DNA of 64,000 bases. It comes from Botryllus schlosseri (taxonomy: Eukaryota). The stretch covers positions 19,654,001-19,718,000 of the forward strand of contig CM119379.1 of assembly GCA_051294905.1 (NCBI GenBank), in the 5' to 3' direction. Under the pieces are notes generated by a model, which saw only the letters and a program-made list of their open reading frames with translations, ran no database searches and was not told where the DNA came from. This document shows, in pieces, positions 23,801 through 35,945 of the stretch. Position numbers and translations under genes: made by a program. Position 1 is the first letter of the stretch; each line of letters starts with the position of its first letter.

Positions 23801-25480
23801 CTTGTTCAATATTCCACAAGTGAAAAGTGACAAAGAGTAAATAGTACGCGGACTACAATATACGCGACACGTAAATCTTCACTTTCATTGTTACCAAGCA
23901 TGACAATATGCGTCGTCGTATAGGGCGGTGCGTAGCAGCTCGCGACAGGCGCCGTTGAAGGATATTAAAGAGCTCAACGATTCATTGTCACGGTTTGAAT
24001 GCTTTAGTCACACCCTTAATGACAGTCGGGCTAAAAACACGATTTATGACAAATGAGAAAACGGGGGAAATATAACGACTCGATGGAGATCCATCTACTG
24101 TGTTATGTCGGCAAACGGAAAAGCAATAACCGTGTACGACACGCTACACTTGCAGTCTTTCTGGATAAGATATTGGACGCCGCCTTTAACAAATATTACA
24201 CTTTTGAGAATTAAAGTGGGATAGAAGTGACCCGATTGATTAAACTGTGTCACAAGATGAATTCAAGCGTCATCATAGACACCGAAATACCCAAATAATC
24301 GCTAGCTGGCGCTCGTGATATCACTACGAATCTTAGGTCATCTGCTTGCGTCCATTGTGGGTATTACGTTGTTCGTGCATGAAAAGAAATCACGTGACTA
24401 CCATCAAATAACTGAACCTCAAACGCAACTTTTAAATCCGATATTGAAATGAGTGTTATCACTACGACATTTTGTAACGCAATAGCGTGTAAGTAAGGCA
24501 TAATTTGTAGGGTCATGGAAACATTCCAATCTTCAAAGTGGTATTCGATATTAAAGAGCTTCTTGGAGGTACAGAACTTCAATATACAATTAAACAGTAT
24601 ATTCATGTTGAAATAAACCCGAATATTTTCGTTTGCCAATCGTCAGGGGTAATCGCCAGCAAGTAGTAGAGAATTTGCCATTGCATAACAACAACCGTAT
24701 CACCAAATAAGACCAAATATCAAATATCGAGAACTATGATACAATAAAAGATATATTTGCAAGAAATTGGATTAATCTCCACTTATCTAACCGTAGTGTG
24801 CCCAGTGCCCACCGAGCAGAGGCGGACTGGGGTATTTCCATTAGTTTTCCACTCTTTGGTAAAGTGGGTTACCAGAAGAGTAATTGTAAAAAAAATACAA
24901 AATTATCGAAGCAGACACGTTAGCAGGATCCTATTTTATACCACTGATGTCATATCTGTCCGCATTGTTCCGCGTAGCGTCCTCGTCAAAGGATGTAATT
25001 CATAACTCTTAGCATTCCGGCGCATTAGTAACCATATATTAAATCACTTGATTATGATATGTGCAGTTAAATTAAGCTTGGCTTAGCAAATAATGACGGA
25101 TCAGCCGTGTCTAAGGAAGTCCTGCAGGTGTCGGAGGTCGTTTAATAATCTCTTTGATTGGCAAATGATGGGGAAAACCGTGAAAAGGATACTTTCTCTT
25201 CACCTTCAAACGCCAGTGGAATTACGGAGAAGGGATATTTACCCTTGAAAGTTTGGACAATATTTTGATCGAGATTATTCACGTTTTTGGTCGTGTTTTT
25301 TTCTGCTTTCGCGGGTGGAAATCTTTGATTCCACGGAAAGTCGCCTCAACAGAGGTGACGCGCGCGGTCACTTTTCGCGGAAGAAAGATATAAAGACCGT
25401 GCCAATCGGATTATCGCGAATGCGTGATCCCAATAACGCACGGGTGTAGAGGTCATATATTCGAGACCGAACTATTTTCT

Positions 25481-25994
25481 ACGCATTTAAAACAAAAACC
25501 AATTTAAACCAATCATGTTTAAAACATGCTTTTTTAGGCATGATGTCGCGAATCTTTAATTGTGACGTCACATTGGATTGACATTGACAATTGAAAATAT
25601 AGGGTATATATAACGGCTACTGGAACGAAAAGGGCTTCCCACCCTTGTCATAGACGGACCAAAAATACATTTATTCAAAGGACTACATCATTATGCGGCA
25701 TTTTTACTGTCATTATCATCAGAACGCCCATTACGTACCAATGCTCTATATTTACGTGCTAGAATTGTTGAACAGACGACGATTTCGCGAGTTCCAAACA
25801 CTCCATATCGTATCCGTCGACCATATCGGGTGCAAATCGTCCATAGGCTCATACCTTATGTTTTTTCGAAAGTATTTACACAATTATGGAATAATTGTAC
25901 AACGTTTGAAAAAGAGGCATTTTTAAAACACTGTTTGAAACATGCTGTTATAAATAAAGTAGTTTAAAACACTATTTGTTAAAATGCAACCCTA
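25481..25994 (-). mobile_element. MITE family A copy 4 (long variant)
   Basis: Colinear with 5641-6045 (GAAAAGGGCTTC...ATCATCAGAAC...); ends AAAATGCAACCCTA. Confidence 0.8.
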
Positions 25995-26439
25995 GTTTTA
26001 TCCCACATCATGCTAAAAACATAAGATAAATCGTATTATCTTCATTTCGCCGAAAAACTGATAATTTCAACGTATACGTAACGTATACTATAGTCATGTA
26101 ATCATGTTATATAAGGCTGTCCAATAATATACCATTTGATTATACATTTCCTATCAACTCTAAACCGTTATTGAGTCACTAAGGGTCGGTTGCATAGATC
26201 GTGATCAGAAACGATCCGCCGATAGCCATGATCGTCGATCTTCGAATCCGCGATCGACACCATAGCATGATCACGTCTCACTGATGCGGATCCAGTGGCG
26301 AGTCAAATGATCTCCGGTCGTTGACGCAAACTGACGCAAATGACGTCAGATAATCCGCCAATATAGCAGCTGATGGTGGGGGCAGGAACGTTCTAGGCAT
26401 GTTTCAAGAAGACGTTGCATGTGCACGGTGTACAGCTGA

Positions 26440-27013
26440 AAGACATGGATATATAGGATGTACCGATATGTTGAAGAGTTAGAGACACTGCGGAGCCTGA
26501 GACAAGAGAGAATTCCTAGGAGGATGCTGAAAGACCGTTCGAATCCTCTGGAATACCTTGACGATACAAAATTCGCGAATCGGTATAGGCTGTCCATTGT
26601 CCAAGTTACCAACTTCGGAGCTTTTGGACATGAAGGGGGAACTTTCATTCCCCAGTCGCCGCTGTTATGCCATTCCACCTTATTTTAGACTGCTGGCTGC
26701 CATTCGTTTTTTTGCTTCTGGTCATCACCAAATGACTGATCGTGACCTTCTGCATATGAGCAAAAGCGCTGTTTGCAGAATAGTAGACCTACATAAAAGT
26801 TTCCCGGGCTATAGCAGGCAGGAGCAAGGAATTTATGAAGTTCCCGACAAAGCCTCAAGATATAACCGCACAAATCAATGCATTTTATGCGGAACACCAG
26901 TTTCCATGAGTGATTGGTCTTGTCGCCTACATGCCAATCTCGAATCCAGATTATTTTGCATAAACGTACAGCTTGTGTGCAGTGCAGATATGGAATTCAC
27001 ACATAGTAGCTGG
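26440..27013 (+). pseudogene. Harbinger (HARBI1-like) DDE transposase remnant
   Basis: DRSNPLEYLDDTKFANRYRLS, LLAAIRFFASGHHQMTDRDLLHMSKSAVCRIV and INVQLVCSADMEF resemble the conserved Harbinger blocks; frameshifted and interrupted at 27014. Confidence 0.8.
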
Positions 27014-27919
27014 TAGGGATGGTGTGAACGTGAGGTTCACGTTCGCGTTCTGTGTGTGAACCTCGGAAAGTTAGCGGTTCACGTTCACAAACGAACCTTG
27101 GTAGGTTCTGCACTGTGAACCTTTCTAATATATTACAATTTCCACGTCATTATAACATCTTTGGTTGAAATTTATTGCATTTCAACTGCGGGTAACTCTA
27201 TGCACGGCGCTGGTAGCATAAAATATCAACACTAAACGAGCATCATGCACCTTGACAATCTCAAAAATTTTACCTGCTTTGTTACAAAAGTTTGCTTGAA
27301 ATATCCAGGTTTCTGTTTGTGAATATTTAGCTTGACCCAAAATCACACAACATCAAGAACAAAATATGCTACATGTAGGTAGTCAGCGAATGGTGCTTAG
27401 ATATATTCAACCAATCAATGAAATTGATACCGTTGTCTGATGTAAAAAATCTAGTAAGCGTGCGATTGGGGTGTTGGCTAATGCTGTATAACTTGTTATT
27501 GGGGTAAAACCCATAGCACACTCTGCTCAATATCAACGTAGCAAAACTTAGACTCCGAATACATTCTCCAGTTTGGCCTAGACCGTTTAGGCGTAAGCTT
27601 ATATTCCCTTGGAAGTCCTCGTCGAAATTGTTGGCAAAGCGACGGAAGATATCGATTTTATGGTATTAATATATCATTTGATTGCTCCAGTTGATACATT
27701 TGGCGACGTTTAAAAAGTCAGTATGTACTATGTGGCCCGAGTCTTCGCTAGGCATCGTGAACATTAATACAGGCTATCTCATCACTGAAATGAAGGGTTG
27801 GAATAAGCAATATGACGCAACGTGACGTTATGAGGTTCACGTTCGCGTTCACACAGAACCTTTCAAAAAGGTTCGCGTTCACACGAACCTGAACCTTTCA
27901 GAGGTTCACACCATCCCTA
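27014..27919 (+). mobile_element. Ac-like hAT MITE, family B copy 2 (906 bp)
   Basis: Same TIR as copy 1; perfect TSD GTAGCTGG; interior nearly identical to 9871-10772. Confidence 0.95.
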
Positions 27920-28391
27920 GTAGCTGGTCTGGCTGTTATTGTCATGGCACTCACCAACCATCCTCAAGAATGGATATATAGATAATCTTATCTGTTAATG
28001 TAGCATTGTAGCGATCTGTGCAACCGACATAATACTATGAAACGTAATCGGGCGATATCTATATGACGCGTGCGATGTACTTGTACAGGCGGAACAAAAT
28101 ACGCTGTACTGGTTCAGTGGTTCTTGACCGGTTGGCCACAGAAGTAATTTACAAAATTATAAAGATGTTGAAAAGTTTAGATTTGTGCTTATGATTATCC
28201 TCGTAAACATACGCCTCCTTGCCAAATTATTCTACTTCGTGGTTAGCGGCTGACTTTTATCAGGAGCGAATGTCGGTGATTGCGGATGGCCGAAATAGAA
28301 AACAAGTAAACCGGCTCATGAACGACACATATTATAAACCGCAGTTAGCAGCAATGGATTTGGTTAGGAGGGTTCAGACTAATCCTGTTCC

Positions 28392-28405
28392 AGAGAGAGA
28401 CAGAG

Positions 28406-28456
<51 letters not shown>
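28392..28456. repeat. (GA)n microsatellite
   Basis: Directly visible. Confidence 0.95.
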
Positions 28457-28460
<4 letters not shown>

Positions 28461-28598
28461 GTGGTTTACGTAGTAAGAGTGATAGATAACCATCCGCCCT
28501 TGAACGGGGCTATAGTGTTGGTGTACCAGTACAGTTAGTACACCTATGTACATTATGCAATATACATGACACGTACCAGCTGGATGATGGGGTAAGGG

Positions 28599-28905
28599 GT
28601 GGCGAGATAGCGTTGTCGTACGTTCCACAGCTGCAACAACAATGGGTTGTGGGTTCGAGTCCGACTCCGGAATTTGTACCGAGGTGTGGGAGGTATATCT
28701 ACGTCCTCGTCATCTCGTCATCTCCTCGTCATCTCGTCATCTCCTCGTCATCTGATCCGTGTAAGAGAACACCTACAAAAGCCTATAACACCAAAGTGGG
28801 CCGTTTATTAGAAGTCTTTACATTGGGAATCTTATTAATGAATATCGGCCTGATGTAAAATGACCATAGTATATTGTCGAAACTCCAAGAATATCAAAAC
28901 AACAA
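28599..28905 (+). mobile_element. tRNA-derived SINE
   Basis: Starts GTGGCGAGATAGCG, B-box GGTTCGAGTCC, internal CCTCGTCATCT tandem expansion (about 28705-28755), 3' block AATATCGGCCTG..GTAAA.TGACCATAGT shared with 34262-34533 and 59255-59335. Confidence 0.75.
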
Positions 28906-29241
28906 TAACATGGGTTACGGGACGGGGGCGAATCTGGGGCCTCGACACGTAGCGCCAATCACAAATACGGGTATCCCGTTACCGTAACCATACTTTGCCT
29001 GTAATCGACTTGAGGTCACAGGAAACACGACTGCTCGCTAAATCCACGATGTTTAATATGCCTACATTAGCTCGTATAATAATAACAACCCGAAACCAAC
29101 ACAACAAAATATTAAATATTCCAATTACAATATCCATAATATGTCGCATCTTTTGAGCATACTCTTGAGAGATATTTAGTAGGACATTTTCAAAACGGAA
29201 AGTGGGACATAGCGGAAAATAGCACTTGCACATTCAGTCGC

Positions 29242-29255
29242 GGTTGCCACTCCTG
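29242..29255. mobile_element. Orphan hAT-type terminal motif
   Basis: GGTTGCCACTCCTG; no partner end identified. Confidence 0.3.
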
Positions 29256-30852
29256 GATTTGTAGGCTGATGCCTTATTCGGAGGGATTTGCAGCATTAAC
29301 ACCACGGGTCATTGCAAGAGGTTGGCGATTTTACAAAACAACCTGCGCTGTATTATGAACGACAACAAGTTTGGGCGTATCGAACCAAAAGATAAGTTAA
29401 TGGCCTGTAATCTGTAACGAGAGCGGGCCCGTGTTAAACAAACTCGAAAACACGACCATCTTTCCTTAATGGAATCACTGTGCACCGCCGTTTACGCAAC
29501 GGTGCGCGTATTAAAATTCCTGCGAGCCGAGAAGCAGCGACCCAAGCAGAGTCGTGAGATTATCTTTACCATGCTGGTTTTGACCGTGTCTAATTCCACT
29601 CGCTTTAAACGTGACGCTGCCCTTGTTCAATCCCCGGAATTAAGTTTATTTCATTGCAATCGAGGCCGCCCGCGATACCATCATAACTCACCGTACCTCA
29701 ACGAATACAACGGTGGGAACGGGGTAATTCGGCGATATCCAGAGACACGGGATCAGATGACTAAATATCGGACTCTTGGCTTTCTACTAGCTGAAAGCGT
29801 GACGATTTTAATGGACATGTAGGGTTAGATAGTATTCAAATGATCGAGCATATCACATGTCTTGCGGTGGGATTTGCCATTGAATTTAATAATACAGTAT
29901 ATTTCTTCAATATGATTATTATTTCTGGTCATATTTGCGATGCTCAGACATTATCGATAGTATGCTATGTGTTTTCCACTGCCGTTTTTATGATACTAAA
30001 ACGACTCATCATAAGCGATTCGAAAGTGTGTTTTCGTGACGTGCGCAGTGCGCATGCGCATGCGAACATATACCCCGCATTCTAGTGTAAGTTCATCTCA
30101 AGCATGTGTTGTGACAGTCTTTGTAGTCACTCAAAACTAAAGTATTTATGCAAAGCATTCTTTATTTATAGAAACAGGTATCGACGTACCCCATGTTTTC
30201 TTTATAATGTGTACAAACACCCCGTCACATGGCCGGCAGAAAATATCCATTTCACAGAACGCCGCTGTTGTAACCGAGCCGTAAGTCAAGTGGCGTTGTC
30301 AGTCCCTAGCCTAGGCGACGCCTCCTTGTCATTAATTTCCTGAATCTTGTCTTTATTCGGGTTTCGCCGGGAAGATTAAGCCGCGATTGCGGGTGATCGC
30401 TTGCTTGGAGGGAAAAACATGCTTTAACAGCGACTTTAGCGACCCACTGATCCCCTTGCGACGTAACGTCTGCCAAGTAAGGCTCGCGACGGAACCCAAA
30501 AAAGATCCTTTTGGATTTGCGAATTGCGATCAGCAGATAAATGGAACTGTAAATAATTCTGGAAAGCCTTGATAAAGATTGACACCAAGTCCGCGAGACT
30601 TTAGAGCCCGCGCTTAGGCAAATCCCTTCGAAAACTCGCTTCGCTTTTTTACGGCTTGGTCTAATCCCTGGGACCGAAAGAGGTATATTGTTGATCCGTG
30701 CGGCTCAGCGGGTGTACGGTGTTGCGCAGTATCAGTTAATACTATTAGGCTTGCCGTACGCGACACTTCGTATGTGTGCGCCGTTCTTTGAATAAAATTA
30801 TGGTACCTTCAGCGCCTCTTCACTGCATCGATGCTAGGACTGAGCTGAGTGC

Positions 30853-30885
30853 ATATGATATATGATATATGATATATGATATATG
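30853..30885. repeat. (ATATGAT)n 7-bp tandem repeat
   Basis: About 4.7 units directly visible. Confidence 0.9.
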
Positions 30886-30894
30886 TTCGATTGT

Positions 30895-31264
30895 TAGAGT
30901 TACGATACGTCCTCCTTTAAGAGGATTTGTCCTATTTTTTTGACTTTTTTTAAAGTGTCCTCGGAGGACGCCCAAATGTCCTCTTTTTTGAGAATTTTGT
31001 TTAAATATAGGGTAAGATTCGAGTGAGATACAGTAAATCAGCACTGACGCTCCAGCGACTATTTCGGGAGCTGAGCCGGAAAGTAGACCTTTTTTTTAGA
31101 GCGGTGAATTTAAGAAAAGTGCCAATTTCCGGAGCCGAGTCGGAAGAACGACCTATTTTTTAGTCAACCAACCACAAATTCGGGGAAAATTTACCATTTT
31201 TCCGGATTTTTCTCCAGAATTGTAAGGTGTCCTCTTTTCACATTTCCAAAATATGGTAACCCTA
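30895..31264. mobile_element. Old hAT-like MITE with TAGGGTTACC-type ends
   Basis: TAGAGTTACGATACGTCC at left, ATATGGTAACCCTA at right, repeated GTCCT/AGGAC subterminal motifs; TSD not recognisable. Confidence 0.6.
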
Positions 31265-33722
31265 ATATATGTAATATGATCCACAGCCTCGTGTCAACTG
31301 CAATGTCTCTTCCTGGTGCACACTTAGTTTGAAAGATGTCAGCATCAAACGTAATGTGGCAGCGCAGGCAGGCTACTGTCCGAACAATGAAATTGACACA
31401 CGTAATTACACTTGGAAACCGCGTTGACATTTAGAATCACTCACAACCAGAGCGTCATACTTCCCCGTGTTATCTCTACCATCAATTCCCTGAAGTGCAG
31501 GTTCCATGATATCAAGTGACTTTGTCGTCACAATTGGAGTGAGATTCCCACGCAACGACGTGCAGAAACGCGGTCTCAGCAGCTATCTAACCACTTGCGA
31601 CGCCACGGAGCCAACGGCATATCCCCGAGGACAATGCTAATATTGCTGATCGACTCATCGCCATACTTTTATTGTATAGAATATATAGTTTGTCGGATAC
31701 GGGGATCTGCGTGGTGCACGCAGTACAAATGCGACAAGCTCTTGAAAGGATGAGTTACCTAGCTTAAGCCTGATTAGTTTGATTTGATTAACTACTTCGT
31801 GTTAACGTCACGACACGAGGTAATTAACGCTAACCTCTGATCGCACAAATTCTCAAATTGATGATTCATTAACATTTCAGTCTTGTACAAGAAAGCAAAC
31901 GTTGTGTGATGCATTTACGCGATCCCCTATTTTTAGGTTGACAGCGCGATTGAGTTGATGCTAATTCTCAATTGTCGTTACGCGTCTTCCTAGTAGCGGG
32001 AATAATCGCCCTCTGCCGATGGTTAATAACATCCGTGGTGCCATTGACGTTGCTTTGTGATAAGTAAATACTCGGCTCACTATGTTAGTTTCTATGCGGG
32101 GATTGTTGGGCTTGGTAAGCAATAATCATATATTTTGCCAATTTTCGCTACTCAATATACGACCGATACTAAACCTTCACCGTATGCACATATACCATGG
32201 TACCATATGCGACATCGTCTGTCGTTCCGCATTTTATGAAATGCACCAATTTTTGAATGGGAATATATACCCTCGATGCGCTGTACAATAGTACATTGCT
32301 GCTGTTCAGTTTAAGAGGTTCTGGTGTAATACGGCCCCCGAAAGAGATTTGCAATTCGTGAATAAGAATATATATCTGTTTTGCGTCGCACCGACAGAAA
32401 CCCCAATCGATTGTGACAGTCTGTTTTGTATAAATTGATTCACGCGTTGTGGAAACTGATACTGTTCTACTTTCGTTCATGACGCAAAGCCTTAAATTTT
32501 ATGATATAACGGTGTTATGTATCGGGAATATGTGAAAACACTTTCCAGTCTGCTGCCCGATGGGGCGACCCATTCCCTCAAGCCCGCGACTTTGAAGTCT
32601 CCATTTATTTTGAGACTTTGATGACATTTAATTGCGATCGATATATTTGTTGAGTGACTTTGTGCATGATCGATTATTCGACGCATGCGCTGCAGCAGTG
32701 ACCAAAATTTAGAGGGATCAGTGTTTTGGATTGATTGATCACGAATTATCTGTTTCACAAACTAAATATGCGTATACCACATGATATATTCGCCCGCATT
32801 CCCCGTACGAGATTCATATAAGCGTTGGAAACTGCCATATTTAATTTTCTCGGAATGTAGTCGGTAATAAGGGACGCGTTCGCATGAAAATTCAATCGTT
32901 ATGTTTTCTTTTTGAGAACCCGATATATCCGATCTATAGATCCCCTTGCTGAAATGGGCTTCTTCGTTAGTGCATACTCTATTGATCATGGTTTCGGATT
33001 CGTAAGTTCACGGAATCACATTATATGTATTAAATGAAAGGTATAGTATGCAAGCCGCGATATACATTCTGTACATGTCTCATTAAATTTGTATTTCTTT
33101 CTTAGAGACTTAGTATATTTCTTTTGTGATATACAGATAATTCCTGTGTAATTCTAAGAAGCCAGAAGACGACAGAACGACAGGACAGCAGCTGAGATGA
33201 CCACGCAACCCACAATGAGATCGTAACTGTCTGCTAGTCTAAGTGAATTTGTGATTGCAATTGGAGAGATTAAAAGACTAGGATATTAAAATGAATCCAT
33301 GTAAATGAGCCCGTATATTGATTACAAAATCGCACAGAGCAGTGTATTACCACTATTTTCAAGTGCTTTAATATAATTTTGTTCATTACAGTAAACTCAG
33401 TTGCAACCGATAGGTTTTCATTGGTATATAGCCAAAATAAGTCCGACGGAGGTCAATTTGAATTCCACTTTAATGACGATATTGTGAGAATCACTGCTCG
33501 ATTAGACAGGGCATTTAACAGATCACAGAGAGTCATGTGAACACGGGAACAAACGATTTGCCTTGAGCATTTATAATTCTGTAGATTACTCGTTCTCAGG
33601 GGACACCTGATACGTTTTGATTCTGGTAGTCAGTGACACCCATTGACAGGATAATTCCCACAAGTCGATGTGCAAAGAGCACAGTAGAGCACAGCATATT
33701 ATGTGTACTGTAGACTTTATAC

Positions 33723-35033
33723 TAGGGATGGTGTGAACGCGAGGTTCACGTTCGCGTTCTGTGTGTGAACCTTGGAAATTTTGAGGTTCGCGTTCACAAC
33801 AGAACCTTGGTAGGTTCTGCACTGTGAACCTTTTTCATATATTGCAATTTTCCCTTCATTATAGCATCTTTGGTTTAATTTTATTGCATTTCAACTGCGG
33901 GCCACTCTATGCATGGCGCTGGCAGCATAAACAATCAACACTAAACGAGCATATGTACCTTGACAATCTGAGAAATTTTCCTTCCGTTGTTGCAAAGTTT
34001 GCTCGAAATATCCAGCTTTCCGTCTGTGAATATTTAGTGACTCTTTGCTGTGAGCTTAACCCGCAATCACATAACATCAAGAGCGAAATACACTGCATGT
34101 AGTCAGCGAATGATGCTTATTAAACCAATCAATGAGATTGATATCGTTATCTGATGTAAAAATCTAGCAGGCGTACGGGGTCAATCGTGATTTCATATGT
34201 AAACTGTATCATAAACACCAAATCCGTGCGATTGGGGTGTTGCCTAACTTGATAGTGTGGTTTTGTTTGTTTGTTTTGGGGTATTCATGGTGTTTGTCGA
34301 CTACTATGGTCATTTACACCAGGCCGATATCCTTCTTATTTTCCGAAACTGCCGATTTATAGCACGGCCGACCTCTAGGCTTTTGTAAGACACCGCTGAC
34401 GCGGATGAGGTGGCGAGGAGGAGCCTAGGTAAACCTCCAACACTTAGGTATCGCACCGCACCTACCGCCGCCTACCAACCGCACCTATTGGTGTTGCATC
34501 CGCGGATTATACCACTGCGCTATCTCGCCACTATTGATAGTGTGGTAATATCGGTAGCAAGTATAGAAACCCATTTTACACTTTGCTCAATATCCATGTA
34601 GCAATACTCAGGCGCCGAATACATTGTTCGGTCTGGCCGAGACCGTTGAGGCGTAAGCTTATATTCCCTGGCAAGTCCTCGTCGAAATTGTTGGCAAAGC
34701 GACGGAAGATCTTGATTTTATGGAATTAATATATCATTAGATTGCCTCATTTGATACATTTGGCGACGTTTAAAACGTCAATATGTAGCCTACTTTAGCA
34801 CTGTGCCATTATGTGGCCCGAGTCGTCGCTAGGTATCGTGTACACTGTACAGTACATATATTGTACAATACATATACATAATGTAGGCAATTACATAATT
34901 GAAATGAAGGGTTGAAATTAGCAATATGACGTCACGTGACGTCATGAGGTTCACGTTCGCGTTCACACAGAACCTTTCGAAAAGGTTCGCGTTCACACGA
35001 ACCAGAACCTTTCAGAGGTTCACACCATCCCTA
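33723..35033 (+). mobile_element. Ac-like hAT MITE, family B copy 3 (1311 bp, older, with insertions)
   Basis: Same TIR; perfect TSD CTTTATAC; more diverged than copies 1 and 2 and carries a SINE. Confidence 0.93.
34262..34533 (-). mobile_element. tRNA-derived SINE inserted in B copy 3
   Basis: 13-bp TSD TTGATAGTGTGGT (34249-34261 and 34534-34546); A-box TAGCGCAGTGG; (CAAA)n tail; homologous to 28599-28905. Confidence 0.85.
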
Positions 35034-35439
35034 CTTTATACGTCAAATGTGAATATTATGTTATGTGATTGCGAGCGTAGTCCAAGTATAAAACAAATTG
35101 GAAATAATTATTTTGAATAAATGAATGAGCGATCGACTAACACTCAACAGTTATGTATGTATTTTGGAATGAAAAAATTATAAATGTCGAAAAATTCGCT
35201 GCATTCTCTGATTTCATTTCGAAGTACGGTATACTTAACCTTGACCACCTCTTATTGTCGCTAGGCAAAATATGATGAATGGTAAACTATCCATTGGAGA
35301 AAGATGTTGGTTAATTGGGAGAAGTTCGAACATATCTGATTATGTCTTATATACTATACCCACCATATTCACAAATACGAGAAATTCCAAATCATTCCAA
35401 ATGAGAAATTCCAAATCACCAAATTCCAATACTTTGACC

Positions 35440-35740
35440 CAGGGTTGTAATGACTCGAGTCGCGATTTTTTGGTGATTCGACTTGACTGAGGGAAACTCC
35501 TAGGTTTTGAATGCGTGGCATTATACATCACCTGAGCAAGGTTTAAAAAGTGTATTCAGCATAACTTGAACTCAAAACTGAACAGTGAACACAATGAATT
35601 GGACACGAGCCTCTACACATAGAATTGGACTCGGACTTGACTCGGTGGTGAATTGAAAATGACTCGACTTGACTCGAGTCAAAACTACACATGTGAGATT
35701 TACTTGTGACTCGGGACCTTGTGACTTGGTTACGACCCTG
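35440..35740. mobile_element. hAT MITE, 301 bp, with GACTCG/CGAGTC subterminal repeats
   Basis: TIRs CAGGGTTGTAA / TTACGACCCTG; perfect TSD CTTTGACC. Confidence 0.92.
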
Positions 35741-35876
35741 CTTTGACCAGATTTGAATTTCAGATTTGTTTCGAAGCGCATAACTTTTCGATAGTGATAC
35801 CGTCTGAGATCCCCTTCTCACTTTTCCCATCCCATGGAAAACCCTTTGACAAATTTGTGAATTGCAGCAAAAACCA

Positions 35877-35945
35877 AGGTGGGTTGTCTGATTTCAAAAA
35901 CTACTTCAAGTCTTTTCGACATCTTCCTATCTTTTGTGGTGTATT
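35877..35945 (+). repeat. Dispersed repeat; reverse copy at about 44365-44455 beside the assembly gap
   Basis: AGGTGGGT.GTCTGATTTC.AA.ACTACT.CAAGTC and TTGTGGTGTATTG are shared in inverted orientation. Confidence 0.65.

Larger units (their letters stand above)
26183..28029 (+). mobile_element. Deleted PIF/Harbinger transposon, split by B copy 2
   Basis: Ends GGGTCGGTTGCATAGATCG / CGATCTGTGCAACCGACA, flanked by TAA on both sides; contains a transposase remnant. Confidence 0.8.

Noticed and set aside
24364-24639. ORF with VVVITLISI...ISF resembling the LRR gene's second frame
   Set aside because: The similarity is only a short hydrophobic patch seen by eye; it needs an alignment statistic that could not be run.
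28219-28628. ORFs with RERERE / LSLSLS tracts
   Set aside because: Translation of the (GA)n microsatellite.
28599-28680. tRNA gene (also at 38195-38235)
   Set aside because: A/B boxes are present but there is no cloverleaf; the sequence continues into a dispersed SINE body.
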